64,000 bases of DNA from Octopus bimaculoides (Eukaryota): positions 68,358,062-68,422,061 of the forward strand of contig NC_068986.1 in NCBI RefSeq assembly GCF_001194135.2. Reading direction: 5' to 3'. The translations under genes were made by a program, and so were the position numbers. This document shows, one piece after another, positions 37,826 to 51,593 of this stretch (the first letter of the stretch is position 1; every line of letters begins with the position of its first letter). A model generated the notes under the pieces. It saw only the letters and a list, made by a program, of their open reading frames with translations. It was not told the origin of the DNA and searched no databases.

Positions 37826-40029
37826 TAATAATTCCTCTTTCTATTATAGACATCAGGCCTGAAATTTGGAGGGAGAGTGCCAGCCAATTACAGCAATACA
37901 CAACTGGTACTTATTTTATCAATCCTGAAAGGATGAAAGATAAAGTCCGCTTTGGTGGAATTTGAACCCAGAAAATGAAGAGCCAGATGAAAAACTGATA
38001 AGTATTTTTCCCAGCTTGCAAACAATTCTCCCGGTTGCCCACCTAATAATGATAGTGATAATAATAATAATAATCCTTTCTACTATAGGCAAAAGACCTG
38101 CAATTTGTGGGAGGGAGATAGTCAATTATATCAACCCCAGTGTTTCATTGGTACTTATTTCATCAACTCCAAAAGGATGAAAGGTAAAGTTGACCTTGAC
38201 AGAATTTGAACTCAGAACATAAGGACAGATGAAATGCCACTAAGCATTTTGTCTAGCATGCTAACAATTCTGCCAGCTTGCTTCCTTAATAAATAATAAT
38301 AATAATAATTATTATTATTATTATTTCAATTTTTTTTTTCCACAAGGGCAGCTTGGAAGAGGTGGGAATGAGTTGATTACATCGACCCCAGTGTTCAGCA
38401 GGTACTTATTTTATCGATCCCCTAAAAGGGAGAAAGGTAAAAATGACCTCAGCAGAATTTGAACTCAGAATGTAGAGACAGGCGAAGTACCACTAAACAT
38501 TTCACACCAGCATGCTAACAATTCTGCCAGCTTAATGATAATAATAATAACTAGCTGGAACCGTGAAAAATTCATGGAAAACAAAAAATGTAAGAATCTG
38601 TAAACAGTGTACTGGTACCATGAGAAATATTTGTATATTATGACCGTTTATCTTTACATTCTGAGTTCAAATTCTGCTGAGGTCGACTTTGCCTTCCATC
38701 CTTTCGGGGTCGATAAATTAAATACCAGTTGTGTACTAGAGTCGATCTAATCAACTGGCCCCCTCCCCACAAAAATTTCAGGCCTAGAAGAGTATATTGT
38801 GACAGTTACAGAATAAAGAAAGTAACATTACACTAATGACTATATAATCCAACCAAAATATCTGTTACACAAACGCAAATGGAATTACTATTTAACCTTA
38901 AAATACATCATACATATTCAAAGAACCATAATGTACAAATTGAAATGCAAAAGAATGAAATAATAAATGGATTTATGAATGAAAGTTTGGAAATTACATT
39001 TATTTCCACCACACAACACTTATTATCGCAAACATGTTTTAACTAACCTAAACTATACACACACACAAATACATTCATATGTCTCGAGTTGTAGCTGTAA
39101 TTCAAAGGGGCCAGCCTTGTCATATTCTGTGTGAGGCTGAATTTCCCTGAGAACTATGTTAATGTTATGCATGTCTGTGTTATGCCATTTGTGAGTTAAT
39201 TTTATTGTGTGGTAATGAAAAGTGAAATTGACGTCCAACATTTGCTGTGTCTATGTATCAATGTATGAACTTTTCTTTGGATTTATGTATCTACTATCTC
39301 CCTCACTTTCGCTCTTTCTCTTTCACTTCTTTTGTGTCCCTCTTCTCTCCTGCTTTTGATTTAACATTTAACAATGTGTATATGTATCTACTTCTCTTGT
39401 GATGTGATAAATATTTAAAAACACAAAACGAACGCCATCACCACTCACTGTCTCTTTCACTCTCTCTTTCACACTCACTTTCTCTCTCTCGTTTTGCCAC
39501 TTCTTTGAAGTGTGACGCACACATCAGGTACTATCAACACCAATTCTTAAATTGTACTTTACTGACCTCAAAAGTATGAATAGTAAAATTGACCTCAGTG
39601 GAATATGAACTCAAAGCATAAAGAGCCAGAAGAAATACCACAAAGCAGTTTTTCCAATGCTATCAATTCTAAGGACACAGTAGAATGAATTCTACCACAC
39701 GCTGTTACTTACAAACAGATTCTACATTTGTTATATAATGCTTGAATTTTTTATTGTGAACAATTTTTAACTTTCAATCATGCCATACCATCCATCTATT
39801 TCCATCCTTTTTCAGTAATTATTTTTTGAAAGGTTCATTGCAGTAGTTCTCAACAATTTTTTACCTATGAACCTCTTTAATTTTTTTTAAAGTCTTCTGG
39901 CTATTTACTGTCTGGGTTCAAATTCCAGCAAAGTAGACTTTGCTTTTCATCCTCTTGGGATCGATAAAATAAGTACCAGTCATATTTTGGGATTGCTGTA
40001 ATTTCAGGCTTTGTGCCTATAATAGAAAG

Positions 40030-40270
40030 AAGTATTATTATTATTATTATTATTATGCATTTCGCTTCCCAGAGTTCTTGAATTCACTTGCTCCAGTTAA
40101 TTAAGAGAGTCAAGGGTCTTACAGTCTTCCTTCACAATACTTGACATCCAAGTACCAGTTTCTAAATCCTCATTGTTCCAATAAAGCAGTTTTCTGAGCA
40201 TGTTCTATCCTTGTATCAATCCCAATTTCTGCAACTTGGTTGCTAAAGTTCCTAATGCTGGGATGATGGT
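40030..40270 (-). mobile_element. R4/Dong-type 3' fragment
   Basis: EIGIDTRIEHAQKTALL, homologous to about 37030-37110, with an (AAT)n tail on the minus strand. Confidence 0.75.
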
Positions 40271-40301
40271 TATTTTTTTTGTTGTTGCCTACATTCATAC
40301 A

Positions 40302-40691
40302 GTGGAGGCGCAATGGCCCAGTAGTTAGGGCAGTGGACTCGCGGTCATAGGATCGTGGTTTCGATTCCCAGACCGGGTGTTGTGAGTGTTTATTGAGCGA
40401 AAACACCTAAAGCTCCACGAGGCTCCGGCAGGGGATAGTGGCGAACCCTGCTGTACTCTTCCACCACAACTTTCTCTCACTCTTACTTCCTGTTTCTGTT
40501 GTGCCTGTAATTCAAAGGGTCAGCCTTGTCACACTCTGTTTCACGCTGAATATCCCCGAGAACTACGTTAAGGGTACACGTGTCTGTGGAGTGCTCAGCC
40601 ACTTGCACGCTAATTTCATGAGCAGGCTGTTCTGTTGATCGGTTCAACTGGAACCCTCGACGCCGTAAGCGACGGAGTGCCAACAACAAAA
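40302..40691 (+). mobile_element. SINE family A, full length
   Basis: 11-bp TSD ACATTCATACA at 40291-40301 and 40692-40702. Confidence 0.9.
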
Positions 40692-41329
40692 ACATTCATA
40701 CATCTCGTCTTGTAGTGGCTTGCACTTCTCAGTCTTTGATTTGTATTTTACTCAAATGGACCCTGACAGCTAATCAATGTATAAAAAAAAATCATATTTT
40801 TATAATTAAACATCATTAGTAACTGTATTTAAAAAGATGTTAGAATATTTTATGTATTGTAGAAGCATAACCAATTTATTGCAGATAAATTTTAGCAACA
40901 AACTGTTATATAGACTGCCCCCACCCTCACCCAAGGGCCATATGGACCCTGGTTAAGAACCACTGGGGTAGAGTTCAGGCACCTCTTCCATAGGGTCCTG
41001 TCAGATCAACCACTATTACATTTCTTGGCTGGATTCTCAAGCATGACTAACTGAGACTATAAAAAGAAAAAGTTATCTTCTCAAGCTATACCGACTCATA
41101 AGGGCCGGTTTCGCAGTCACATGGCACATATTCCCCACCTGAACAGGATGCCAGTCCGTCACAGAATTACTCATTTTTGCCAGCTGAGTGAACTGGAGCA
41201 ACATAAAATGAAGTGTTTTTCTCAAGAACACGACGCATCCCTCGTCCAGGAATCGAAACCACAATCTTATGATCATGGGTCTAACATCCTAACCACTAAG
41301 CCACGCACCTCCACAACTGAGACTATGGA

Positions 41330-41560
41330 TACCATCCAGCCATCTCACTCATAGTCTGCCCCTATATAACTCAACTACAAGGAATTTGTCTTGTGATTTT
41401 TTTCCTGTGACATTCTGACCACATGTCCATCGTACCAGAGCTGTGACCTCTCAATGCAGAAAAGTAGCAGCTCAACCTGGAGAGACTCCTTCATCTTTGA
41501 CCTACACACCCTTGAGAAATGTAACTTCAGAGATCCTGTGAGAAATTTCATATTTTGCTG
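41330..41560 (-). mobile_element. RTE LINE remnant
   Basis: LLFCIERSQLWYDGHVVRM resembles the RTE motif RQLRWxGHVxRM. Confidence 0.6.
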
Positions 41561-41569
41561 CACAGGAAT

Positions 41570-41945
41570 GAATAGGCACAGGCGTGGTTGTGAAATTTGC
41601 TTCCCAAGCACAATTCCAGGTTCAGTCCCACTGCATGCCACCTTGGGTAAGTGTATTCTATTATAGCCCTAAGCTGACCAAAGCCTTGCAAATGGATTTG
41701 GTAGACAGAAACTGAAAGAAACTTGTCATGTGTGTGTATATGTCTTTGTGCTTGTCTGCCATCTCCACTTGACAACCAATTTTGGTTTGTTTACTTTGCC
41801 ATAATTTAGCAGTTCAGCAAAGGGACTGATAGAATAAGTAGTGGGTTTGACAAAATAAGCACTAGAGTCAATTCATTTGACTAAAAACGTTTCAAGGTGG
41901 TGCCCCAGTATGGCCACTGTCCAATGACTGAAACAAATAAAAGGC
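41570..41945 (+). mobile_element. SINE family B
   Basis: tRNA-like head, central domain and 3' ATGACTGAAACAAATAAAAG. Confidence 0.75.
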
Positions 41946-43220
41946 ATTAGATTTCTTCATGATTAATGATCTGATTGCTTCATAAATATTAAACATTTTT
42001 CCACAAAGGAAAATTTCAAATTCTTTGAAATGAAAAATTGTATGACGTCATCTGTATGCTAAATCAAGGTTGATCTACAGTTAAACATCAACAATATATA
42101 CACCTATTCTTTCTAGTTGTTCAAATACAAAGCTATAATTTATAACAGATTCCACTACAGGTAATGAAATACTTCTCATAGCAAAGTTTAGGATGAAAAC
42201 AATAGAAAATTTTGATAATCTGTACTAATTAAAACTAATTATACATGTGTATTTAAAGCTATTCATTTATGTTTCTGCACTTCTTCCCATGAGTAATAGA
42301 GTGATGGTCAAAAACTATGAAGTCTGTCTGAGTAAGAAATAAATTACATAAATAAAAATTTAGGAGCAGGTGTGGTTGTGTAGTAAGATGTTTAGTTTCC
42401 AACAATATGGTTCTGGTTCAATCCCATTGCATGGCACCTTGGGCAAGTGTCTTCTATGATAGCCTCAAGCTAACCAAAGCATTGTGAATGAATTTGGTAG
42501 ACAAAAACTAAAAGAAGACCATCACATGCAAGCATGTATGTATGTATGTCTTACAGTATGTATGTGTGTGTGTGTGGAGGGTGGTGCTACTGTCACCTTG
42601 CTTTGCCGTCACAATAATTGTAAACAAGTGTCACCATCATGCCATCATGCCAAGAGTGTCTTTCATTCCCATTCTTCCATGAAAACATGTCTAGTTATGG
42701 GGAAATATTATCTTACTTGTAAAGAAGTAAGGGTTAGCAACAGGAAGGGCATCTGGCAGTAGAAAATCCCCCTCAACAGTATTCTGTCCAACCCATGCAA
42801 GCATGGAAAAGTGGATATCAAAACAATGATGATGATGATGATGATGATATTTTAGTATAAAAATACTCAATGTAACAATGATATGAAATTTCGTGTGAGT
42901 GACATTTTTACAGCATTACAGAAGGCAGCCAACAAAATAATGACTAAAGACCACCTGACCTAAAAAAAAAAAAAAGAGAGAGAGAGAGAATGAGAGCTTA
43001 GACCGTTGACATATTCAAACAGATTTAGGCCAGGCACTTATTGCAGATGAATGAGAAAATCTTCAAGCTTTACAGCACATCCTTCAATGAGAGATTCCAC
43101 TATCCATTGTTGAAGGATGGATAAAATATGTCAAACAAATCATTTCTGTTTTCTTCATAAACCATAACTAACAAAATAACAAAATTTTTAAGCAGTTTCA
43201 AACACCCAGACATCAAGCTA

Positions 43221-44511
43221 TGAAGGGTGTTCATTGAAGATTTCTCCAGACCCACTTCTGGTTATTGCAGGAAATGGAACTTGTATAGGTATAATCATAC
43301 ATGTCTCTACATGTCACATTGTAAATTGCAGCTTTCCACTAGTATTCATTTGTCTTTTACAGCTGCTGAAGTGGACTAACGCATTAGAATGGAGGCAGTT
43401 GAATGCAGATCAGTGATCAGGTTCTTATACTTGAAAGGTTGTACACCAAAAGAGACTATCGATGGGATGAAAGAAGTTTATGGTGACGATGCACCATCAT
43501 ACAATGTAGTCAAGCACTGGCATTGCCAGTTCAAATGCGGTCAGACATCAGTGGAAACTGCTCCTATTACTGAACCACATTCCGTCATTGATGATGACAC
43601 CATCCATAAAGTGGAAGCCACCATTTTAGAGAATCACCGCATAATTATTTGGCAACTAGCCCAAGAAGTGAAGATAAGTGTAGGGTCCATGGTAAAAATC
43701 ATTCATGACAATTTGCACATACAGAAGTTGTCTACACGATGGATTCCCCTGATGTTCACACCTTTTCAGGAGCAGGAATGAGTCAATTGCTGCCAGGTTC
43801 TTCTGGCAATGTACCAAGAGAATGAGCAAGTCTTTTTTAACAGACTTATCACACAGGATGAAACATGGGTCCATCACTGTAATCCTGAGACAAAAGTCCA
43901 GTCGAAGCAATGGAAGCACAATAATTCACTACCTCAAAAGAAGGCTCGTGTCCAACCCTCAGCAGGCAAGGTAATGTTTGTAGTCATTTGGGACCAGCAC
44001 GAAGTAGTGATGATGGATTTTCTGGCAAAGGACACCATAATTAACAGGGCATATCATGCTTGTCTGCTGCAGAAATTGCAGGATGCCATCAAAGCAGAGA
44101 GGTGTGGCATGCTGACCAAAGGAGCCTGCCTCCTCCAAAATAATGCCCCAGTTCACAATGTGCATGGGGGTCAGATGAAAGCACACTCCTGCAGCTATGA
44201 AATCCTTTCTCATTCTTCTTACTCTCCCAACCTTGCACCATCTGACTTCCACCTCTTTCCAACCATGAAGTCTTTTTTGAAAGGGAAGCACTTTTTTGAT
44301 GATGACGAACTTATTTCCAAGGTAAAGTCTTGGCTCCAGACGTAACCTACCGGCTTCTACAGACGAAGTCTTCACATCTACATAAAGCAATGGGAGAAGT
44401 GTGTCGCCATTGATGGGGGCTATGTAGAGAAGCACTAATAATTATGCCAAGTTTCATTTATCCCAATCCTTGGGAAGTAGGTCAGAGGAAATCTTTAATG
44501 AACACTCTTTG
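43221..44511 (+). mobile_element. Full-length mariner (DD34D) element, 1291 bp
   Basis: TA at 43219-20 and 44512-13; imperfect TIRs of about 60 bp (TGAAGGGTGTTCATTGAAGATTTC / GAAATCTTTAATGAACACTCTTTG). Confidence 0.9.
43389..44438 (+). pseudogene. Mariner transposase pseudogene (349 codons, two in-frame stops)
   Basis: WIPLMFT, ITQDETWVHH, QNNAPVH (catalytic D to N), YSPNLAPSDFHLF, QWEKCVAIDGGYVEK; stops at 43779 and 44343; no frameshift. Confidence 0.9.
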
Positions 44512-44668
44512 TAATTTATTGCAAATTGTAGAAAACACTGAATACATATTGCAAGCCTTTTTGTTTTAATTATCATCAACTGAAAATCAGAGGTAAAGGG
44601 GAGTCTCTGATTCCTTTTATCTCTGAATCTTCTTCATCAATAATCTTTTTCACAAAACTTTGAAAAAT

Positions 44669-44717
<49 letters not shown>

Positions 44718-46974
44718 CATTATTTTTGCATTTTACTGAGGTTTTTTGGATTTTATGTTGCCTTTTTTGTTTTTTGTAAAACTATTTTCATGGATTAATA
44801 ATACGTAGCGAATTGTATCTAGATATTGCAGCTTTAAAATATAATAATTATATAATTTCAAAATTACTTTTTTTCTATGAAGTTAGAAATGCAGTGCTAA
44901 AAATATGTGTAGCGTCAANNNNNNNNNNNNNNNNNNNNNNNNNNNNNNNNNNNNNNNNNNNNNNNNNNNNNNNNNNNNNNNNNNNNNNNNNNNNNNNNNN
45001 NNNNNNNNNNNNNNNNNNNNNNNNNNNNNNNNNNNNNNNNNNNNNNNNNNNNNNNNNNNNNNNNNNNNNNNNNNNNNNNNNNNNNNNNNNNNNNNNNNNN
45101 NNNNNNNNNNNNNNNNNNNNNNNNNNNNNNNNNNNNNNNNNNNNNNNNNNNNNNNNNNNNNNNNNNNNNNNNNNNNNNNNNNNNNNNNNNNNNNNNNNNN
45201 NNNNNNNNNNNNNNNNNNNNNNNNNNNNNNNNNNNNNTGCAACTTACAAAAATATAAACTTAGGCTAAGAGAATATAATAACTGAATCATTGAATTCATC
45301 TTGGATTTTCATTTCCATAAATAGTTTCAATATTTTCTTGTAATTCATACTAATTCATTTTCTAATGTGTAGTTTTGAACCAAAAATGTATTGAAGATAT
45401 AAATTATATTCTCTACACAATAGAAATGTATAGTATATGAATGCCACAAGAAAAATATCATTTCACTGTCAGTGTATGAAACTGTAAATATATATGTATA
45501 TATATATATATATATATGTGTGCGTATGTCATCATAAATATGTAAAAAGAAAACTTAGTTACATGTTTCAATACAGTCAGTATGGCAGGGTTGTTATATA
45601 TATATACAAATATTAACTCAATGTGATAAAAAAAAAAAAGACACTAGACTAGTGTCGTTTCTAGAATTGAGCTGGTAATAATAATTTCTCACGCAATAAA
45701 GGTGTCTCCCACTAATTTTAATTGCAGATGTTTTGCAATAAATAGCTCTGAATATAGATATTCTGGAATGAGATGAGTTCTATTATGTGGTAACAGTTTT
45801 AGAGACATTTCATCGGAGGTAATAATAACAAAAATAGATTGAAGAGGAAAACCACAAGAAACAAAGGTAGAAAGATACAATTAGCAGCAATATCAGTAGA
45901 AAGAGAAAAATACCAATAATTGTAAAACCTTCTTCAATTAAAGGTTCTATATCAACACAAACGTGTATATACACAGTTATACATACATATACGTACTCTA
46001 CCTCCTGTGATCATAACTTTTTGTGCAGTGGGAAATATTAGAAAGAGATATAAAAAAAAAAAAAATGAGAATGAACTTGATGGTAGATTCTGAGCAATGT
46101 TAAGGAATTAACTGCCGTCAGTGACAGTAGCAAAATTTTATTAAGGTCCCTTGCATACTGCGGCACAGAAGCCATTCATAAATTCATTCAAACAGATATT
46201 TACACACATGCATACACACACACACACAAGCTTGCAGACATGCATACTTTTTCTCTTTTCTCTCTCTTTCAGACATCCTAAATGGTTGAATATATAACAA
46301 GTAAACTAATTCATCATTCCACAAACTGTTAAATAATTGTTTACCACAATTATTGCTGTAATCACATTTGTGACTTACTATTTAACTAGTAATTTAAAAA
46401 GTGTCTTCTCGTTTCCCTTTATTTCGGTTACATATATAGAGAGAAGGATTAATTATCAGCATTCATACCAAATGTCTACAAAAATACAACCTTATGTGCT
46501 TATAGCCACCACAACTCAAGCAATCCCATCAGAAGCCTTAGTTTCTTTCTTTCAACAACCAACAATACTGAACATCCTTTGGATTATCTTACTTTTTTAG
46601 AAGGAAAGAAGAGAATGAATACAGTATGGTCATCTGATATATTAATCAGTCCAATGTGGTCATTTGATAATGACCAATCAAGTGTGTCCTATTACCAGTG
46701 TCATCAAATAACTACCAACAAAGTGCAGCTAATTTGATAATTATCAACATTCACTGAACATGCTATGATCACCGGATAACTGTCAAATTAATATTGTTAT
46801 CAGATAACTAAAAACCTTTCAGTATGATATAGCCATCCTCAAATGATTATCAAAGTTTGACTAGCAGGGTGTGGCCAGTAGATAACTCTCAAGATTTGAT
46901 AAGTCAGGTATGATCATAATAATCAAAGCTTGATCCATGTAAGGTGAATAACAGAGTAGTGAGATGTAATGTTC

Positions 46975-47250
46975 TCAACTGACAAAAAAACTGGGATCAA
47001 GGATGATTGAGCAGCATTGATGATAATGAGTGAAGAGATCAGAGATAAGTTGAACATGCTTCCAAGATTGGTCTGCTGGGTCAAAAACTGAAACCATATC
47101 AACATACTGATTGTTAGTAAATTTGTAGCCACCAACACAATAGATTTTATTGTGTCGAATAATAGGATATATACAGGACATTGGTGTCTGTTGAGTTTCA
47201 TTGGTCAAGCGTGTCCACTGATCAGTTACAGGATCATATTTCTCACATTC
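46975..47250 (-). CDS. Kelch-like protein, last coding exon (ECEKYDPVTDQW...IYCVGGY...FDPADQSW...FFVS*)
   Basis: Acceptor TCTTTTTTAG at 47251, phase 0, Kelch GG/YDP/W motifs, TGA at 46977-46975. Confidence 0.92.
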   Translation of the reverse strand, partial: ECEKYDPVTDQWTRLTNETQQTPMSCIYPIIRHNKIYCVGGYKFTNNQYVDMVSVFDPADQSWKHVQLISDLFTHYHQCCSIILDPSFFVS

Positions 47251-48340
47251 CTAAAAAAGAAAAAAAGAAAAAGGATTTTAAAGAAGTGGGATGCTAGTTT
47301 TATTCATCAAATATATTCATAACTCAGATCAAGATCAAATAAAATTTATAGTCAATGCAAGTAACATTTGTTCACATGGATATCGTTCGCTTTCAACTTC
47401 AAATATTAATATCTAATATTTTGACCAGCAATTTACAGCTGTTTTTGTCATTGTGTACTCTCGTTAACTCTGCAAGAACAGAATTATGACATAGTCAATG
47501 GTAAAAACAATCTGCAATTCTTGCAGCCCAAATAATGCAATACCTTCCATTATGCAGTGGTAGAGCAAGTGGAATACAAAGTAGAAATCAACCATTTTAC
47601 TATTTCCTCTGTATATAATCATAAGTTCTTATGGTAGTCAAACCAAGACTTTCAAAAGTCTGTGTGGGTTGAAGGAGAATAGAGGATTAGATTTTTCGCC
47701 TCATAGGCCTTTATGAGCAAACATGTTTACAAGCGTATGCTATAATTGATGAAGTGAAAAGAGTATAATCTTAAATGATTTGATCCAATAATAACTTGTT
47801 TTAATATGTGAAACCATTAAGAAGCCCCAAAGTATTAGAATGCCCTTCCAATCAATCATTGTCTGTCAAGCGTGGTTGATGTATTTAACACTTAAACATT
47901 CAGATTATCCTTTTAAATGTAATGCTTATTTGTTTACATTGTTTTGAATTGACTTTTGAGACTTTGATGATGTGATTGTTTATTTTTAGAACGACATTAT
48001 AGTATAGGTGTGAAGATTTAGATCTGACCAATAAAACAGGTAGAATATTTTGGTTGGATATAGCTAGTTTAAATACTTAAAGATTAAATGTCATGCCAAA
48101 TGCTGATTATTCTGTGATTCCTATATAATAGAGTGGCCATACTTTTATACAATTTGAACTCTAGCCGGTTGCTTTCACATTCCTACTATTCTGATTGATA
48201 CTCTATGAATATTATTATTCATTCAACAACTAATATGCAATATTGTGTCTTTAAGTATGTTATAAACATACATAAATACTCTTCAGCAAGTAAACACATA
48301 AGACAATAAAAAAGAAGTTATGTTGCATGTTATGACTTAC

Positions 48341-48555
48341 TTTGATGTCTTGTATTAAGCCTTGTTGCATAGTACACCCTCCAACAGCATAGATATATCC
48401 ATTGACAGACGCCATTGCATGGCAGGAACGCCTTTGTATCAAGGACTCCCTTCTTTTCCAATCTTTCACAAGTGGATCGTAGCTGACAACATTATTTAAC
48501 AAATCTGTCCCATCATGCCCGCCAGATATGTACAACTGATTGTTTAAAACACAAC
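48341..48555 (-). CDS. Kelch-like protein, penultimate exon (GCVLNNQLYISGGHDG...YDP..DW...YIYAVGG...IQDIK)
   Basis: Acceptor TTTACAG and donor GTAAGT; 215 bp, phase 1 to 0. Confidence 0.93.
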
Positions 48556-49733
48556 CTGTAAATAAAAACGTAACTTTATCAACACAAGACTTGATTGGAT
48601 ATGCATATAACATAAAGGTGATACAAAAGCAGTTTTATTCTTAGTTTTTTTTTTATCTATTTTCATAATGTGGATTAAATAATTCTGCAGTATAGCACTT
48701 TTTACAACACAATACTCTGTCCACAAATCCATTCAACCAGTATACGTTATTCTTTTGCGGTATAAATTCCATTCTACTCTATTGCTCTTTGAAACTAAAG
48801 TTATTCAAGGGAGGTAACTCCGAATTAACCTATCAAAATGACAAAAAAAAATTTGTTTTCTTTAATCTTTAACATTAAGTTTTTCGGGAGTTTTTTTTTT
48901 TTTTCATTCTTAAAATGTTTTTCTCTTAAATTCGCAACAAGTTAAATGGGGAGAACAGTTTTATCACAAAATGATATTTCTACTTAATATTACTGCTAGA
49001 TATTACAGGAAATGGCATAACCTAAAACGTATGCACAGACACTTGTACACGGTCAGTCAATTTGCTAGAAAAAACGGCCAACTCTCTCTCAAAAATCACA
49101 GCCTTTTAAAAGAATAAAGCGAGTCACATTAGATAATGTAAACTTTGGTATATAAAACGACAGGTTGGTCACATCTAATCCCAGGTCTGCTTGACCAGAA
49201 CTGATTTAGGGCTAAACAACTACAATGGTTTGAATCCCCTTCATGAATATAATGAATAAAAAACTTGGGAAGTTTATCATTACACTAAACGAACATAATA
49301 TTAGAAATACAGATTGAGTTATTTCCCTTCTTAGTGATGAGAAAGAATATTCCTTCAACACACACACATTATTTTTTATTTGTCTGTACTGTGGCTATGC
49401 AGGGCAGCACCTTCTAGGCTTACAGGCAAACGAATCTACACCAGTACTTATTTTTTAAAACACACACACACGTACACGGAAGGCTTCTTTCAGTTTCTGG
49501 CTACCAAATCCACTCACAAGGCTTTGGTCGCTGCCAAGCTACTATAGAAGACACTTGCCCAAGGTGCCACACAATGGGGTGACTCCTGAACCATATGATT
49601 TGGAAGCAAACTTCTTATCACACAACCACGTCTGTACATCATCATCATCATCATCCTTTAGCATCCGTTTCCCATGCTTGATGGGCTGTGTATATATACA
49701 AAAATATTACATATATGTTATATCTTTTTTTTG

Positions 49734-49923
49734 TTAGGAAGTAAGTGTTATGACTGGTCACAGAGTGACCATTGATTCACACCTATAAAGCACTTAGCAG
49801 TATAAGTGACTCATCAGGCTCAAATGACCGTTTGAGTCGGATAAGTCACCTATACTGCTAAGTGCTTTATCACTGCAAAACCAACGGTCACCCTATGACC
49901 AGCCATTACATGTAACTTCCTAA
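49734..49923. mobile_element. Small palindromic MITE / fold-back
   Basis: TTAGGAAGT..ACTTCCTAA ends and inner arms ATAAAGCACTTAGCAGTATAAGTGAC / GTCACCTATACTGCTAAGTGCTTTAT. Confidence 0.75.
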
Positions 49924-51354
49924 AACAAAGTATATTAGTGCTCTAATGCTTTAGAGTGTGCCTCTTTTTCGGATATATGAACTGCTGATGCTATTTAATA
50001 TATATATCTAAACATACATTATATATATCTAAGTATCAGGTTTGTTGACCTCTCCACATTAAGCAGAAATTTCCAGCATTCATTATCACTGCAAGAACTC
50101 CTGCATTTTATAAATTCTTCTGCAGTTCCAATATTTTATCAAGACTCACTATTCCTTTTGTGGAACATCACCAACAAAGTTTCTCGATTCTTATGAAGAC
50201 TGTCTTTCAGCTCAATCTGAAGTAATGTAAAAATAAAAACAAACAATGTCTCATTTAAACAAGGGCCTCCTTTTAATAATGTATAAACAGTTTTTGCTAC
50301 TTAACTGATACTGAATGCTAAGAAAATGGAGAAATGTGTCAAAAAAGTAATTAAGCTAAGTGAAGACACGTGGCCTAATGGTTAGGTTATTGCACTCACG
50401 ATTGATAGACCATGGGTTCATTACCTTAACTGGATGGCACGTGTTCTTGAGTGAAACATTTCATTTCACATTGTTCCAACCCCACTTCAATAGGGGTGGG
50501 GGATGTTGGCCTGCTCGCTTAGCCAGCAGGGTGGCGTCCTTTGAAGGCTAAGATAATGCAGTGATGTGTAATATCTGAAAGCCTGTTCGGTCACAATATC
50601 ACATGATAATTAAATACATTAACACATCTAACACATCAAATTGCTTCCTTTGTTTCAGTTAGACTTAGGCAATATCTACAGTTCTAGCACTGATCTGTTT
50701 CATATTGGTATTGGATTTTCTGTTTCACTTCTTTTGATAGGAGCACAAAACGAAAGAGACTGTGAGAAAAATTTTTGTTACTAAAGTAATACTGAATACT
50801 AAGAAAATGGAGAAATGTGTCAACAAAGTGATTAAATCAAGAAATGGTAATAATAAGGTCTGTCTGCTCATTGCACGCATAAATCCAATGAAGTTATCAT
50901 CTACTCAATTTCACAGATAAAGACTTCAGTTAAACAGAGGTTATAGGTGAAAACATTTACTCAAGGTATTATGCAATATGATTGAACATAGTCTCTCATG
51001 ATTGCAAAGTGTTCTTCTTAACTATTCAGCCATGTCTACACAAACACACACATTTGTGCAAATGTGTGGGCATATATGCATGTGAATGTGTATTCATGTA
51101 GGTATATGAAATTGTGTGTATTTGTATGGATTTGTATTGCATGTATTTGAGCAAAACACTGTATTTCACATTCTTCCAGTCCACTCAGCTATGAATTGTA
51201 TCTGTAATTCAAAAGGGCCATTCTGTATAACATCTAATCTCCCTGAGAACTACATTGATGATATACACACCTGTGGAGCGCCCAACTACTTGCAAGTTAA
51301 TTTCATGGCCCAACCACTTGCAAGTTAATTTCATGGCCAGATGGAGTGCCAGGC

Positions 51355-51391
<37 letters not shown>

Positions 51392-51553
51392 GTGCATGCT
51401 TGTGCATGTATATGTGTGTGTGTGTGCATGCACATGGAATCATAGGTTTAGAAGTCAAAAAAGTTAATGTCTACCCAGTTCACTCAAAACTGGTTGGCCC
51501 GATTCTATAGAAGAAAGTTGGCCAAGATATCATGCAATGGATGAGATGCGTGC

Positions 51554-51593
<40 letters not shown>

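Larger units (their letters stand above)
35905..38540 (-). mobile_element. Six head-to-tail copies of an (ATT)n-tailed tRNA-derived SINE (family E)
   Basis: Copies near 35910, 36161, 36389, 37838, 38073 and 38330; head GGCAGCGAGCTGGCAGAATCGTTAGC, B-box GAGTTCAAATTC; mostly separated by (AAT)n. Confidence 0.85.
39841..40965. mobile_element. hAT-type MITE hosting a nested SINE E, R4/Dong fragment and SINE A
   Basis: TIRs CAGTAGTTCTCAAC and GTTAAGAACCACTG; TSD not preserved. Confidence 0.65.
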
